The notes beneath the pieces were generated by a model. The model was not told the origin of the DNA. It saw nothing but the letters and a program-made list of their open reading frames with translations, and made no database searches. A stretch of 64,000 bases of DNA from contig JAXGXY010000004.1 of NCBI GenBank assembly GCA_040772545.1, positions 25,613 through 89,612 on the forward strand, read 5' to 3'. The translations under genes were made by a program, and so were the position numbers. The DNA comes from Christensenellales bacterium. GTDB lineage: Bacteria > Bacillota > Clostridia > Christensenellales > UBA1431. Position 1 is the first letter of the stretch. Each line of letters begins with the position of its first letter. Below are positions 1 through 7,511 of the stretch, piece after piece.

Positions 1-1
1 T

Positions 2-778
2 ATCCGCTCGAACCCGGCGCAGCCGCGGCGGACGTTCAGCGATCAATCCATCGAGGAGCTGGCGCTTTCCATACGCAGTTACGGGCTGTTACAGCCGGTC
101 TCCGTGCGCATGTGCGGCCAAAACGACTACGAACTCATCGCCGGGGAGCGCAGGCTAAGGGCCGTAAAGAGGCTCGGGGAGAAAAAAATCAGCGCCATCG
201 TATTTCCGGCACAAGAGAAAGAGAGCGCGATCCTCGCCCTGGTCGAGAACCTGCAGCGCGAGGACCTGAACTATTTCGACGAGGCCCAGGCCTATTACGA
301 GATCCTGCGCGAACACGGAATGACGCAGGAGGAATTGGCGCGCTGCCTGTGCAAGAACCAGTCGACCGTGGCCAACAAGCTGCGCCTTTTGCGCGTGGGA
401 AGGCCGGTGCGCGAGGTTGCGGAGAAAAACGGGCTTACCGAGAGGCACGTGCGGGCGCTGCTGCGGCTTGCCGACGAAAAGACCCAGCTTTTGATCGCGC
501 AAAAAGCCGCCGCGCAGACGCTTTCCGTGAAGCAAACGGAAGCGCTGGTCGAACGCGCCGTGGAAGAGGTGACCCGCGGGAAAAAACCCAATGTGCGCCT
601 TATTCACAGGGACTACCGCCTGTTTGTCAATTCGATAAGGAGCACCGTGAAACAGCTGAACACGCAGGGGCTGAACGTGGATTTTACGACGAAGGATTTG
701 GGGGAATCCATTGAGATAAAGGTTGTCGTTTCAAAATCATTGAAAGGAGAGAGTGTGAGAGGTAGGGGGATCCGCTAA
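2..778 (+). CDS. ParB/Noc-family DNA-binding protein (ParB paralog upstream of soj); 5' end runs off the window
   Basis: Frame 2 is open from nt 2. The translation IRSNPAQPRRTF..ELALSIRSYGLLQPVSVR, ELIAGERRLRA and VENLQREDL are ParB N-terminal box motifs. These are followed by an HTH (QEELARCLCKNQSTVANKLRLL). The position directly upstream of soj-parB mirrors noc-soj-spo0J. Track ORF 104..778 is only the internal-Met version. Confidence 0.85.
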   Translation: MRSNPAQPRRTFSDQSIEELALSIRSYGLLQPVSVRMCGQNDYELIAGERRLRAVKRLGEKKISAIVFPAQEKESAILALVENLQREDLNYFDEAQAYYEILREHGMTQEELARCLCKNQSTVANKLRLLRVGRPVREVAEKNGLTERHVRALLRLADEKTQLLIAQKAAAQTLSVKQTEALVERAVEEVTRGKKPNVRLIHRDYRLFVNSIRSTVKQLNTQGLNVDFTTKDLGESIEIKVVVSKSLKGESVRGRGIR

Positions 779-814
779 GATCGGTTCCGCGAAAATTTCA
801 TATCGGGCCTGCCG

Positions 815-862
815 GGAGCCTGTCCACTTCCATGCGAATGGACAGGCTCCGTCTTTGCGTTT
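815..862 (+). terminator. Rho-independent terminator after the ParB paralog
   Basis: GGAGCCTGTCCA (815-826) pairs perfectly with TGGACAGGCTCC (839-850) across a 12-nt loop. A T-rich tail gtctttgcgttt follows. Confidence 0.6.
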
Positions 863-944
863 AGGCCTCGTCCGACAGCCAAAAAAGCGGGCGCGCCCGT
901 CCGCCGCGCGGAGACGTTTTGCCGACGGCCGATGGCTTTTTGCC

Positions 945-973
945 TTGTTGCCGTGCGATTTATATTCTATAAT
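945..973 (+). promoter_or_regulatory. Candidate sigma-A promoter for soj-parB
   Basis: TTGTTG (945-950), a 17-nt spacer, then a perfect TATAAT (968-973), about 50 nt upstream of the soj start. Confidence 0.4.
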
Positions 974-1022
974 AAGTGTGCGGAATAAAAAACCGCCGAA
1001 GTTTGCATTGGAGTGAACGCCG

Positions 1023-1799
1023 TTGTCCAAAGTGATGGCCGTAGCCAACCAAAAAGGCGGTGTGGGGAAGACGACGACCACCGTAAACTGCAGCGCCGCC
1101 CTTGCTCTGCGGGGGAAACGCGTGCTGGTGGTGGACGTCGACCCGCAGGGAAACTCCACGAGCGGACTGGGGCTGAACAGGGACGACGGGCAACTCTCGG
1201 TCTACGACGTGCTGGTGAACGGCGCCCCGATCGAAGACGCGGTATTGCCCACGCAGGTGGAGGGACTTTTCGCCGTCCCTTCGGCGGTGAAGCTAGCGGG
1301 CGCCGAAGTGGAAATGGTTTCGATGGAACGGCGCGAGTACATCGTCAAGAACGCGCTGAGGAAAATCCGCGGCGGGTACGACTTCATCTTCATGGACTGT
1401 CCCCCTTCGCTGGGGCTGTTGACGGTCAACGCCCTGACCGCGGCCGATACGGTGCTGGTCCCCATCCAGTGCGAATACTATGCGCTCGAGGGCGTCACGC
1501 AGCTCATCAACACGATACGCCTGGTAAAAAAGCGGCTCAACCCCGGCCTGGAAATAGAAGGCGTCCTGCTCACGATGTTTGACCCGAGGACGCGGCTGTC
1601 GCTGCAGGTGGTGGACGAGGTGAAGGCGTATTTCAAGCATAAGGTCTTCAGTTCGCTCGTCCCGCGCAATGTGCGGCTGGGGGAAGCGCCCAGCTTCGGG
1701 ATGCCCATCATGCTCTACGATTCCCAGTGCGCCGGGGCGCGCGCGTACGAGTATCTGGCCGAAGAGATCATAGAAAAGAACGAGGAGGCGGCGGTATGA
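1023..1799 (+). CDS. soj: Chromosome partitioning ATPase Soj/ParA
   Basis: Deviant Walker A motif MAVANQKGGVGKTTTTVN, plus VLVVDVDPQGNST and ParA-type C-terminal motifs. The TTG start gives an N-terminal length like Bacillus Soj. GGAG lies 9 nt upstream. Confidence 0.95.
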   Translation: MSKVMAVANQKGGVGKTTTTVNCSAALALRGKRVLVVDVDPQGNSTSGLGLNRDDGQLSVYDVLVNGAPIEDAVLPTQVEGLFAVPSAVKLAGAEVEMVSMERREYIVKNALRKIRGGYDFIFMDCPPSLGLLTVNALTAADTVLVPIQCEYYALEGVTQLINTIRLVKKRLNPGLEIEGVLLTMFDPRTRLSLQVVDEVKAYFKHKVFSSLVPRNVRLGEAPSFGMPIMLYDSQCAGARAYEYLAEEIIEKNEEAAV

Positions 1800-2680
1800 G
1801 CGCAAAGCAGCAGCGGCGGCTAGGAAAGGGGCTCCAGGCGCTTATAGGGTCCGAAGAACCCGTATGGGACGAGCGGCAGCCCGGCGAAAAGGGCGTGCGC
1901 CTCATCGACGTCCTGCGCATCGATCCCAACCCCAAGCAGGCGCGCAAACGCTTCGACAAGGAGGCGCTCGAAGGCCTCGCGCAATCCATAGCGATCCACG
2001 GCGTGATCCAGCCGCTGATCGTCGGGGAACAGGGGGAAAGGTACCGCCTGATCGCGGGCGAACGCCGGTGGCGGGCCGCCAAAATGGCGGGCCTGGACAG
2101 GGTGCCCGCCATCGTGACCGACATGGAGGACCGCGCGCAGGTGGAGGTATCGCTGGTGGAGAACCTTCAGCGCGAGGACCTCAACCCGCTCGAAGAGGCG
2201 GCGGGCATCAGATTCCTGATAGAAGAATACGGCCTGACGCAGGAGTCCGCGGCCGAGCGCGTCGGGAAGAGCCGCAGCGCCATAGCGAACGCGCTGAGGC
2301 TTTTGACGCTGCCTTCGCCCGTACAGGACCTGATCTGGACGGGGGAGTTAAGCGCAGGCCACGCGCGCGCCCTGGTCGGGATCGAAGACCAGGATCTTCA
2401 GCAGCGCATGGCAAAAAAGGCGGTCGAAGACGGGCTGTCGGTGCGCGAGATGGAAGCGCTTAAAAGAGACGTGCAGCCCGCGAGGCGCAGGAAGGCCGGC
2501 GATGAGGCGATCCCGCTGGAACTCTTCGAGATGCAGGAGTGCCTGCAAAAAGCGACAGGGATGCGCGTGCGGATCGTGGGAAGCACAAACAGGGGCAGGA
2601 TCACGATAGAATACTACAACAGGGAAGAGATCGAACGGCTCTACGCGATCTTGCAGGACAAAGACGAATGTTTCACGTGA
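1796..2680 (+). CDS. parB: Chromosome partitioning protein ParB/Spo0J
   Basis: MSAKQQRRLGKGLQALI..IDPNPKQARKRFD..LIAGERRWRAAK..VENLQREDLNPLEEA, HTH and C-terminal dimerisation region. The ATG at 1796 overlaps the soj stop (ATGA). The track start at 1727 is an unlikely extension. Confidence 0.95.
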   Translation: MSAKQQRRLGKGLQALIGSEEPVWDERQPGEKGVRLIDVLRIDPNPKQARKRFDKEALEGLAQSIAIHGVIQPLIVGEQGERYRLIAGERRWRAAKMAGLDRVPAIVTDMEDRAQVEVSLVENLQREDLNPLEEAAGIRFLIEEYGLTQESAAERVGKSRSAIANALRLLTLPSPVQDLIWTGELSAGHARALVGIEDQDLQQRMAKKAVEDGLSVREMEALKRDVQPARRRKAGDEAIPLELFEMQECLQKATGMRVRIVGSTNRGRITIEYYNREEIERLYAILQDKDECFT

Positions 2681-2684
2681 AACG
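2669..2684. promoter_or_regulatory. parS: parS centromere site (15/16 match to TGTTTCACGTGAAACA), overlapping the parB stop codon
   Basis: tGTTTCACGTGAAACg. The 14-bp palindromic core is perfect. The parB TGA (2678-2680) lies inside it. Bacillus also carries a parS inside spo0J. Confidence 0.85.
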
Positions 2685-2686
2685 CG

Positions 2687-3110
2687 CCGGAGCAAACTCC
2701 GCACCATCGTCGGAGCAAACTCCGCACCGCTCACCTTCGCGCAAGCGCAAAGGCTCGCTCGCTCCGTTGCTCCTCCTCTTCCCCGCAAAGCTGCGCTTTG
2801 CGGGGAGTTGTTCGGGCGGAGCTTCGTAGGATTGTCCGGGCGAGGCATCGCGGCAAGTTGCTTGGGTGGGGCTTTGCGGGGGTTGTTCGGGATGGGCTTC
2901 GCTCGTCGGAGCAAACTCCGCACCGCTCACCTTCTCGCAAGCGCAAAGGTTCGCTCGCTCCGTTGCTCCTCCTCTTCCCCGCAAAGCTATGCTTTGCGGG
3001 GAGTTGTTCGAGCGGAGCTTCGTAGGATTGTCCGGGCGAGGCATCGAAGCAAGTTGCTTGGGCGGGGCTTCACGGGAGATGTTTAAGCAGGGCTTCGAGT
3101 GATGGTTCGG
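2687..3110 (-). repeat. Type I hairpin-cassette repeats, two tandem ~196-bp units
   Basis: CGGAGCAAACTCCG hairpins occur at 2688, 2711 and 2907. CCCCGCAAAGC-nnn-GCTTTGCGGGG hairpins occur at 2781-2805 and 2977-3001, giving a 196-bp period. The sequence is the reverse complement of modules in 8994-10161. Confidence 0.9.
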
Positions 3111-3328
3111 ACGGGGCATTGGGGAATTCCTTAGGGAAAGCCTTCGCGAGCGCAGCGCGTTACCTCATCTTCCTGCACAGCGCCGCTATGCTGGGGTTTC
3201 GGCGCGAAGGGCTCTGTAGTATTATTTAAGCGGGGCTGCGAAGGGGTTTGGAAGGCGTAAACAGACACCGCGCAACCCACACTGCACGCGGTTATATGCG
3301 GCGCAAGAGAAGAAACCCGTAAACGGAT

Positions 3329-3358
3329 AGAAGGGCGCGAACCGCGCCCTCTTCTTTT
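3329..3358 (+). terminator. Orphan rho-independent terminator with no CDS directly upstream
   Basis: GAAGGGCGCG-aac-CGCGCCCT(C)TTC GC-rich stem followed by CTTCTTTT. The nearest upstream plus-strand CDS (parB) ends about 650 nt earlier. Confidence 0.5.
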
Positions 3359-3436
3359 ACTTGCCGTCTTAAGCGGTTGATTGTTTCCCCGGGAAGAAGT
3401 TCTCGAGAGTATACGAACGCGTTATTCTGGCACCCG

Positions 3437-3452
3437 CGTTTCACGTGAAACA
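3437..3452. promoter_or_regulatory. parS: Second parS site (15/16), 3 nt beyond the cvpA stop
   Basis: cGTTTCACGTGAAACa. It has the same perfect 14-bp core as 2670-2683. Confidence 0.8.
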
Positions 3453-3453
3453 G

Positions 3454-4155
3454 TCAGAGTACCCCTCCGATCAGGGATAACAGGAAGTTGGAGTTGTAGA
3501 AGAACGGCGCGAGCAAAGACCCGTCGATGTACTGGGCGATGGACTCGCCGGGCAGCACGGTGATGATGATAGGCGCGAGCATGAAGACGGCGAAAACGAT
3601 CAGCACGCCGCGTACGAGCCCGAGCGCGCCGCCGAGCAGCGAATTGAACTGCTTGAGCACGGGCAGGCGCGTGACGTAGTTGGTCGCGTTAATGACGACG
3701 GAGAGGATCAGCCGGAACAACAGGAAAAGGACGACGAAGCTGATGATGCCCAGCAGCACGTTGACGATCGTGACGTTGAAATAGTCGCCGAGCGTGGTCG
3801 CGTTCTGCGAAGCGAGCGCCTGGTTGGCGAGGTTGCTTTGCAGCGCCGATTCGAAGGGCGGCGGCAGGTTCGCGTTGTTCACGACGGTGTCGATCTGTTC
3901 GGGCGTGAGCTTGCTGACCAACTGGGACGCGAGGTCCACGTTGTAGATATGCTCGCTGCCCTCGGCGTATACCGATAAAGAGCTCAGGACGGTGGAGCCG
4001 AGGAAACGTGCGAGCACGGGATGAAGGATGTAGGCCAAAAAGGCCGAAACGAAAAACGAAACGAATCTGAGCAAGGTTATCGTGAACCCGCGCACAGCGC
4101 CCGAAAAAACGGAGAACGCGATGATGGCGATGATGATTATATCCAGCAAATTCAT
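3454..4155 (-). CDS. cvpA: CvpA-family membrane protein
   Basis: The N-terminus MNLLDIIIIAIIAFSVFSGAVRGFTITLLRF is typical of colicin V production protein family members. There are multiple TM segments. Confidence 0.75.
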   Translation of the reverse strand: MNLLDIIIIAIIAFSVFSGAVRGFTITLLRFVSFFVSAFLAYILHPVLARFLGSTVLSSLSVYAEGSEHIYNVDLASQLVSKLTPEQIDTVVNNANLPPPFESALQSNLANQALASQNATTLGDYFNVTIVNVLLGIISFVVLFLLFRLILSVVINATNYVTRLPVLKQFNSLLGGALGLVRGVLIVFAVFMLAPIIITVLPGESIAQYIDGSLLAPFFYNSNFLLSLIGGVL

Positions 4156-4190
4156 CTGATACGAATACCTCCTGTAGCGGGTATGACGCG

Positions 4191-5306
4191 CTAGGGCAGG
4201 GAGACGAGGTAGCAGTCCTGCCCTGAAAAGGCCAGCACCCTGGAGCCGCAGACGGGGCCGACCCGGTCGATCGTGATGCCGAGCGGATAGGATTCGTCCT
4301 GCCGGCCTTCTAAATTATATACATAGACGGTCCCGGGCGTAAAGCAGTAAATCCTGTCGTTTCCCAGAAGCACATGGAAGCATTCGGGAGGCAGATACAA
4401 CAGGGATTCGCTCATTCCGTAGGAAATCAGGCGCGCCATCGGGTATTCGAACGCGTTGACGCCCTCTTTCAGCGGCGGGGTCAGCACGATGAGGGGTTTG
4501 CCGCTCGCGCCCATTTTCACGTCGTGGATGTTCCACCCGTACACCAGCTGCGAGGAGGCCAGGGCGCCCTTGTAGTCGTAGCACATCACGTGGGTGGACC
4601 CGAGGGCGTAGACATCGTCCGGCGTGAAGAGCGCGCCCTTGACCAGATGCGTGTCCACGGTGATGAGCCCGCTTATCGTGCTGCCGCCCGTATAGGTGGA
4701 GATGCGCGAAACGGGCGTGCCGGCCGAAGTGTCCAGCGTAAGGATCCAGATCATCTTCAGCGTGTCGTCCACGCCGAAAGCCACGGCGTGCTGCGCCCCC
4801 ATGTCGATGGTGTTTACGTCGGCGCCGGATGCGTCGATCACGGTCATGTCGGAGCCCTGCGGCGTCCTGCGGCAGACGCACACCAGCGTTTCCGAACAGG
4901 ACACGGCGCTTATGGTGCCCAAAAACTCCCTTTGAAAAAGGGCCTTGCCCTTCATATCGTATACTTTGAGCATGGACGGCGTATATGCGGCCGCCAGCGA
5001 AGGAGAAAGCGCTAGCTTCACGTCGTCTCCCGCGAAGTCCGCATACCACAGCTCGTCGCCGGAGGCGTTGAGCACGTGCACGGCCCCGTCTTTATGGTAT
5101 GCGATCCCGGTATCGCACACGGCGAAACTGTCGCTGGCCGAAAACGGCAGGGCCACGTTGGATTCCGCCAGGTTTGGCTTTCGCGGGAGGAATAAAAACA
5201 GTCCGCCCGCGACCGCGAGAAGCGCGCAAAGGCCGAGAATCAAATATTTAAGCCGCGGTTTCGGCTTTCGTTTCCTCGCAGCCCTCCGGGTCCGCTCCTG
5301 AACCAT
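4191..5306 (-). CDS. Membrane-anchored hypothetical protein with a beta-rich extracytoplasmic domain (possibly DUF5711-like; family not certain)
   Basis: Basic N-terminus (RRAARKRKPKPR) followed by one TM helix (YLILGLCALLAVAGGLFLF). Codon position 3 is GC-rich. It lies 35 nt upstream of cvpA on the same strand. Confidence 0.6.
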   Translation of the reverse strand: MVQERTRRAARKRKPKPRLKYLILGLCALLAVAGGLFLFLPRKPNLAESNVALPFSASDSFAVCDTGIAYHKDGAVHVLNASGDELWYADFAGDDVKLALSPSLAAAYTPSMLKVYDMKGKALFQREFLGTISAVSCSETLVCVCRRTPQGSDMTVIDASGADVNTIDMGAQHAVAFGVDDTLKMIWILTLDTSAGTPVSRISTYTGGSTISGLITVDTHLVKGALFTPDDVYALGSTHVMCYDYKGALASSQLVYGWNIHDVKMGASGKPLIVLTPPLKEGVNAFEYPMARLISYGMSESLLYLPPECFHVLLGNDRIYCFTPGTVYVYNLEGRQDESYPLGITIDRVGPVCGSRVLAFSGQDCYLVSLP

Positions 5307-5427
5307 AAGCTCTCAAACCTCCGTTTTTGCCGTACCGCACACCGCAGCTTGCCGGGCCTGCCTCCCGCAAACCGTCATCGGTCCGCCTGTGTCTATTATA
5401 GTACCAACCGCGTGGTTTCACCAGCTT

Positions 5428-6312
5428 CTATTGGCCGGCGGGCGCGAGGACCGTCACCGCGGAAGGGAGCACCTGTATCGTGAGCGCGGTTTCGACGGAC
5501 ATCTCCCCGTCGGCGTTGGCAAACGCGGGAGCCTCGGCCCGTATCGTCAGGCGGGTGCACGTGTAATGCGACAGCCCGCGCACGTTCTTTTTCAGGTGGG
5601 TGCCCCTGATATAGCTGGGCAGCAGGGAAAGCACCCGAAGGCGCGAGAACCGCTCGGCCAGCACCACGTCCAGCAGCCCGTCGTCCAGGCGCGCGGGGGG
5701 TGCGACGTGAAAGCCGCCGCCGTAATAGCGGCCGTTGCATACGGCGATGAGCAGGATCTCGTGGCGCGTAAACGAACCGTCTTCGTGTTCTAATTCGATG
5801 TTCACGAGCTTAAGCTTGAACAGCGTGATGATCGTCGCTATGAAGTAGGCCGGGAGCCCGCGCAGCAGTGGAATCCTTCGCGCCGTGTTCACGACCTGCG
5901 CGTCGAAGCCGAGGTTGGCCACGTTGAGGAACATGCGGCGGTTGATCTTCCCCGCGTCGATGGTGCGCCGGTTTCCTTCGAGGATGATCTTGAGCGCCTT
6001 GAGCGGGTCCTTGGGGATGCCGAGGGATTTTATGAAATCGTTGCCCGTCCCCGCGGGGATCACGCCGATGACGGCGTTCGAACCGTGCACGCCCTCCAGC
6101 AACTCCCTGAGCGTGCCGTCCCCTCCCACAGAGACGATTGCGTCGTAACCCCGCGCGCTGGCCCTGCGCGCGATGTTGACCGTATGCCCGGGGCGCATGG
6201 AGAACGCGGTGTCGTATTCGACGCCCTGTACGTTGAGATGCGCGCACAGCTTGTCCATGACGCGTACGGACCTGCCGTGGCCCGCGACGGGATTGATGAT
6301 GAAAAACAGCAT
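5428..6312 (-). CDS. Diacylglycerol/lipid kinase family protein (YegS/BmrU-like)
   Basis: MLFFIINPVAGHGRS, VSVGGDGTLRELLEG and IPAGTGNDF are DAGK catalytic-domain motifs. Confidence 0.85.
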   Translation of the reverse strand: MLFFIINPVAGHGRSVRVMDKLCAHLNVQGVEYDTAFSMRPGHTVNIARRASARGYDAIVSVGGDGTLRELLEGVHGSNAVIGVIPAGTGNDFIKSLGIPKDPLKALKIILEGNRRTIDAGKINRRMFLNVANLGFDAQVVNTARRIPLLRGLPAYFIATIITLFKLKLVNIELEHEDGSFTRHEILLIAVCNGRYYGGGFHVAPPARLDDGLLDVVLAERFSRLRVLSLLPSYIRGTHLKKNVRGLSHYTCTRLTIRAEAPAFANADGEMSVETALTIQVLPSAVTVLAPAGQ

Positions 6313-6450
6313 ACGGTCCTTCCCCCGATTGTACCAGATTAGGCCGTTACCCCGGCCTGCCGGCCATGCGCTTCCGTGAAGAGGCGCCGCCGACCTGAAC
6401 TATATGTACAATATGATACGGAACAAAAAGAGGTTTGTACAGCCGTTTTA

Positions 6451-6480
6451 TGTACATTTTTACCAAAAAAGAGGTATAAT
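6451..6480 (+). promoter_or_regulatory. Candidate promoter upstream of dapF
   Basis: Perfect TATAAT at 6475-6480. TGTACA at 6451-6456 is a weak -35 with an 18-nt spacer. This would give a ~190-nt leader. Confidence 0.3.
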
Positions 6481-6674
6481 CAGGATACTCCATCCGGGTT
6501 AAGGAGGTTTTGCTGCGGCCTCCGACCGAAGGCGTCCGGCCCCGGCAGACGGCTTATCCGCCGCCGGCAAACGCCGCAAGGACGCGAAAAAGCGGTTAGC
6601 CGTCCGTTTCGGGGCCGTAAACCGCTATCAGGGTATAATCAAGCCAATCCATACGGAAAATGAGGTGTAGAGGA

Positions 6675-7511
6675 ATGATTCCTTTTACGAAGATGCACGG
6701 CCTGGGGAACGACTTCGTCCTCGTCGAGAGCCGCCACCTGGAAGGCATGGACGTTGCGGAAGCGGCCAGGCGCATGTGCGAGAGGCATACGGGTATCGGC
6801 GCGGACGGCCTGCTGATCGTCACGCCGTCCAAAAGGGCGGACATCGGGATGCGGATCATCAACAGGGACGGGACGGAGGCCGAGATGTGCGGCAACGGCA
6901 TCCGCTGCCTGGCGCGCTACGCCTACGACTGCGACCTCGTGAAGGAAGAGTGCTTCTGTGTGGAAACGCTCGCGGGGATCCTCCGGCCGAGGCTCGGGTT
7001 CGGAAGGGACGGCGAGGTGCTCTGTGTGGAGGTGGACATGGGCGCCCCGGTCCTCGAGCGCGCCATGATACCGATGACGGGGCCGAAAGGCCGCGTGCTC
7101 GACGAACCGCTGGACACTAATATGGGGGCGGTCCGCCTGAGCATGGTGCGCATGGGCGTTCCGCACGCGGTCGTTTTCGTGGACGACATCGGCGACGTCG
7201 GCGTCGAGGCGCTCGGGAGGGCGGTGGAGACGCACCCGGCGTTCCCGGAAAGGACCAACGTCAATTTCGTCGAGGTCCTCGGCGAAGGCGAGATCGCGGT
7301 GCGCACGTGGGAACGCGGCGCAGGCGCCACCCTCGCGTGCGGCACCGGCGTCTGCGCGAGCGCCGTGGCCGCGAACCTTCTGGGGCGCACAGAGAAAAGG
7401 GTCAGGGTCCGGCTCGAGCTGGGCACGCTCGAAATCACCCTAGCAAAAGACGGGCGCGTGCTGATGAAGGGACCGGCCCAGTACGTGTTCGAAGGGGAGT
7501 ACCAGCTTTGA
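6675..7511 (+). CDS. dapF: Diaminopimelate epimerase
   Basis: MIPFTKMHGLGNDFVLVE, catalytic CGNGIRCLARY and a second Cys in ACGTGVCA. AGAGGA RBS precedes the ATG at 6675. The track start at 6660 is less likely. Confidence 0.93.
   Translation: MIPFTKMHGLGNDFVLVESRHLEGMDVAEAARRMCERHTGIGADGLLIVTPSKRADIGMRIINRDGTEAEMCGNGIRCLARYAYDCDLVKEECFCVETLAGILRPRLGFGRDGEVLCVEVDMGAPVLERAMIPMTGPKGRVLDEPLDTNMGAVRLSMVRMGVPHAVVFVDDIGDVGVEALGRAVETHPAFPERTNVNFVEVLGEGEIAVRTWERGAGATLACGTGVCASAVAANLLGRTEKRVRVRLELGTLEITLAKDGRVLMKGPAQYVFEGEYQL

Noticed and set aside
3383-3396. Noc-binding-site-like sequence TTTCCCCGGGAAG.
   Set aside because: It is asymmetric (4 C versus 3 G) and deviates from ATTTCCCGGGAAAT. The specificity of the ParB paralog here is unknown.
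6376-6663. 95-aa Arg-rich ORF upstream of dapF, and a possible lysine riboswitch (AGAGGCGC at ~6379).
   Set aside because: The ORF has no RBS and its Arg/Pro-rich translation is typical of an out-of-frame GC read. Apart from AGAGGCGC, the L-box core elements are absent, and that motif lies upstream of the best promoter.
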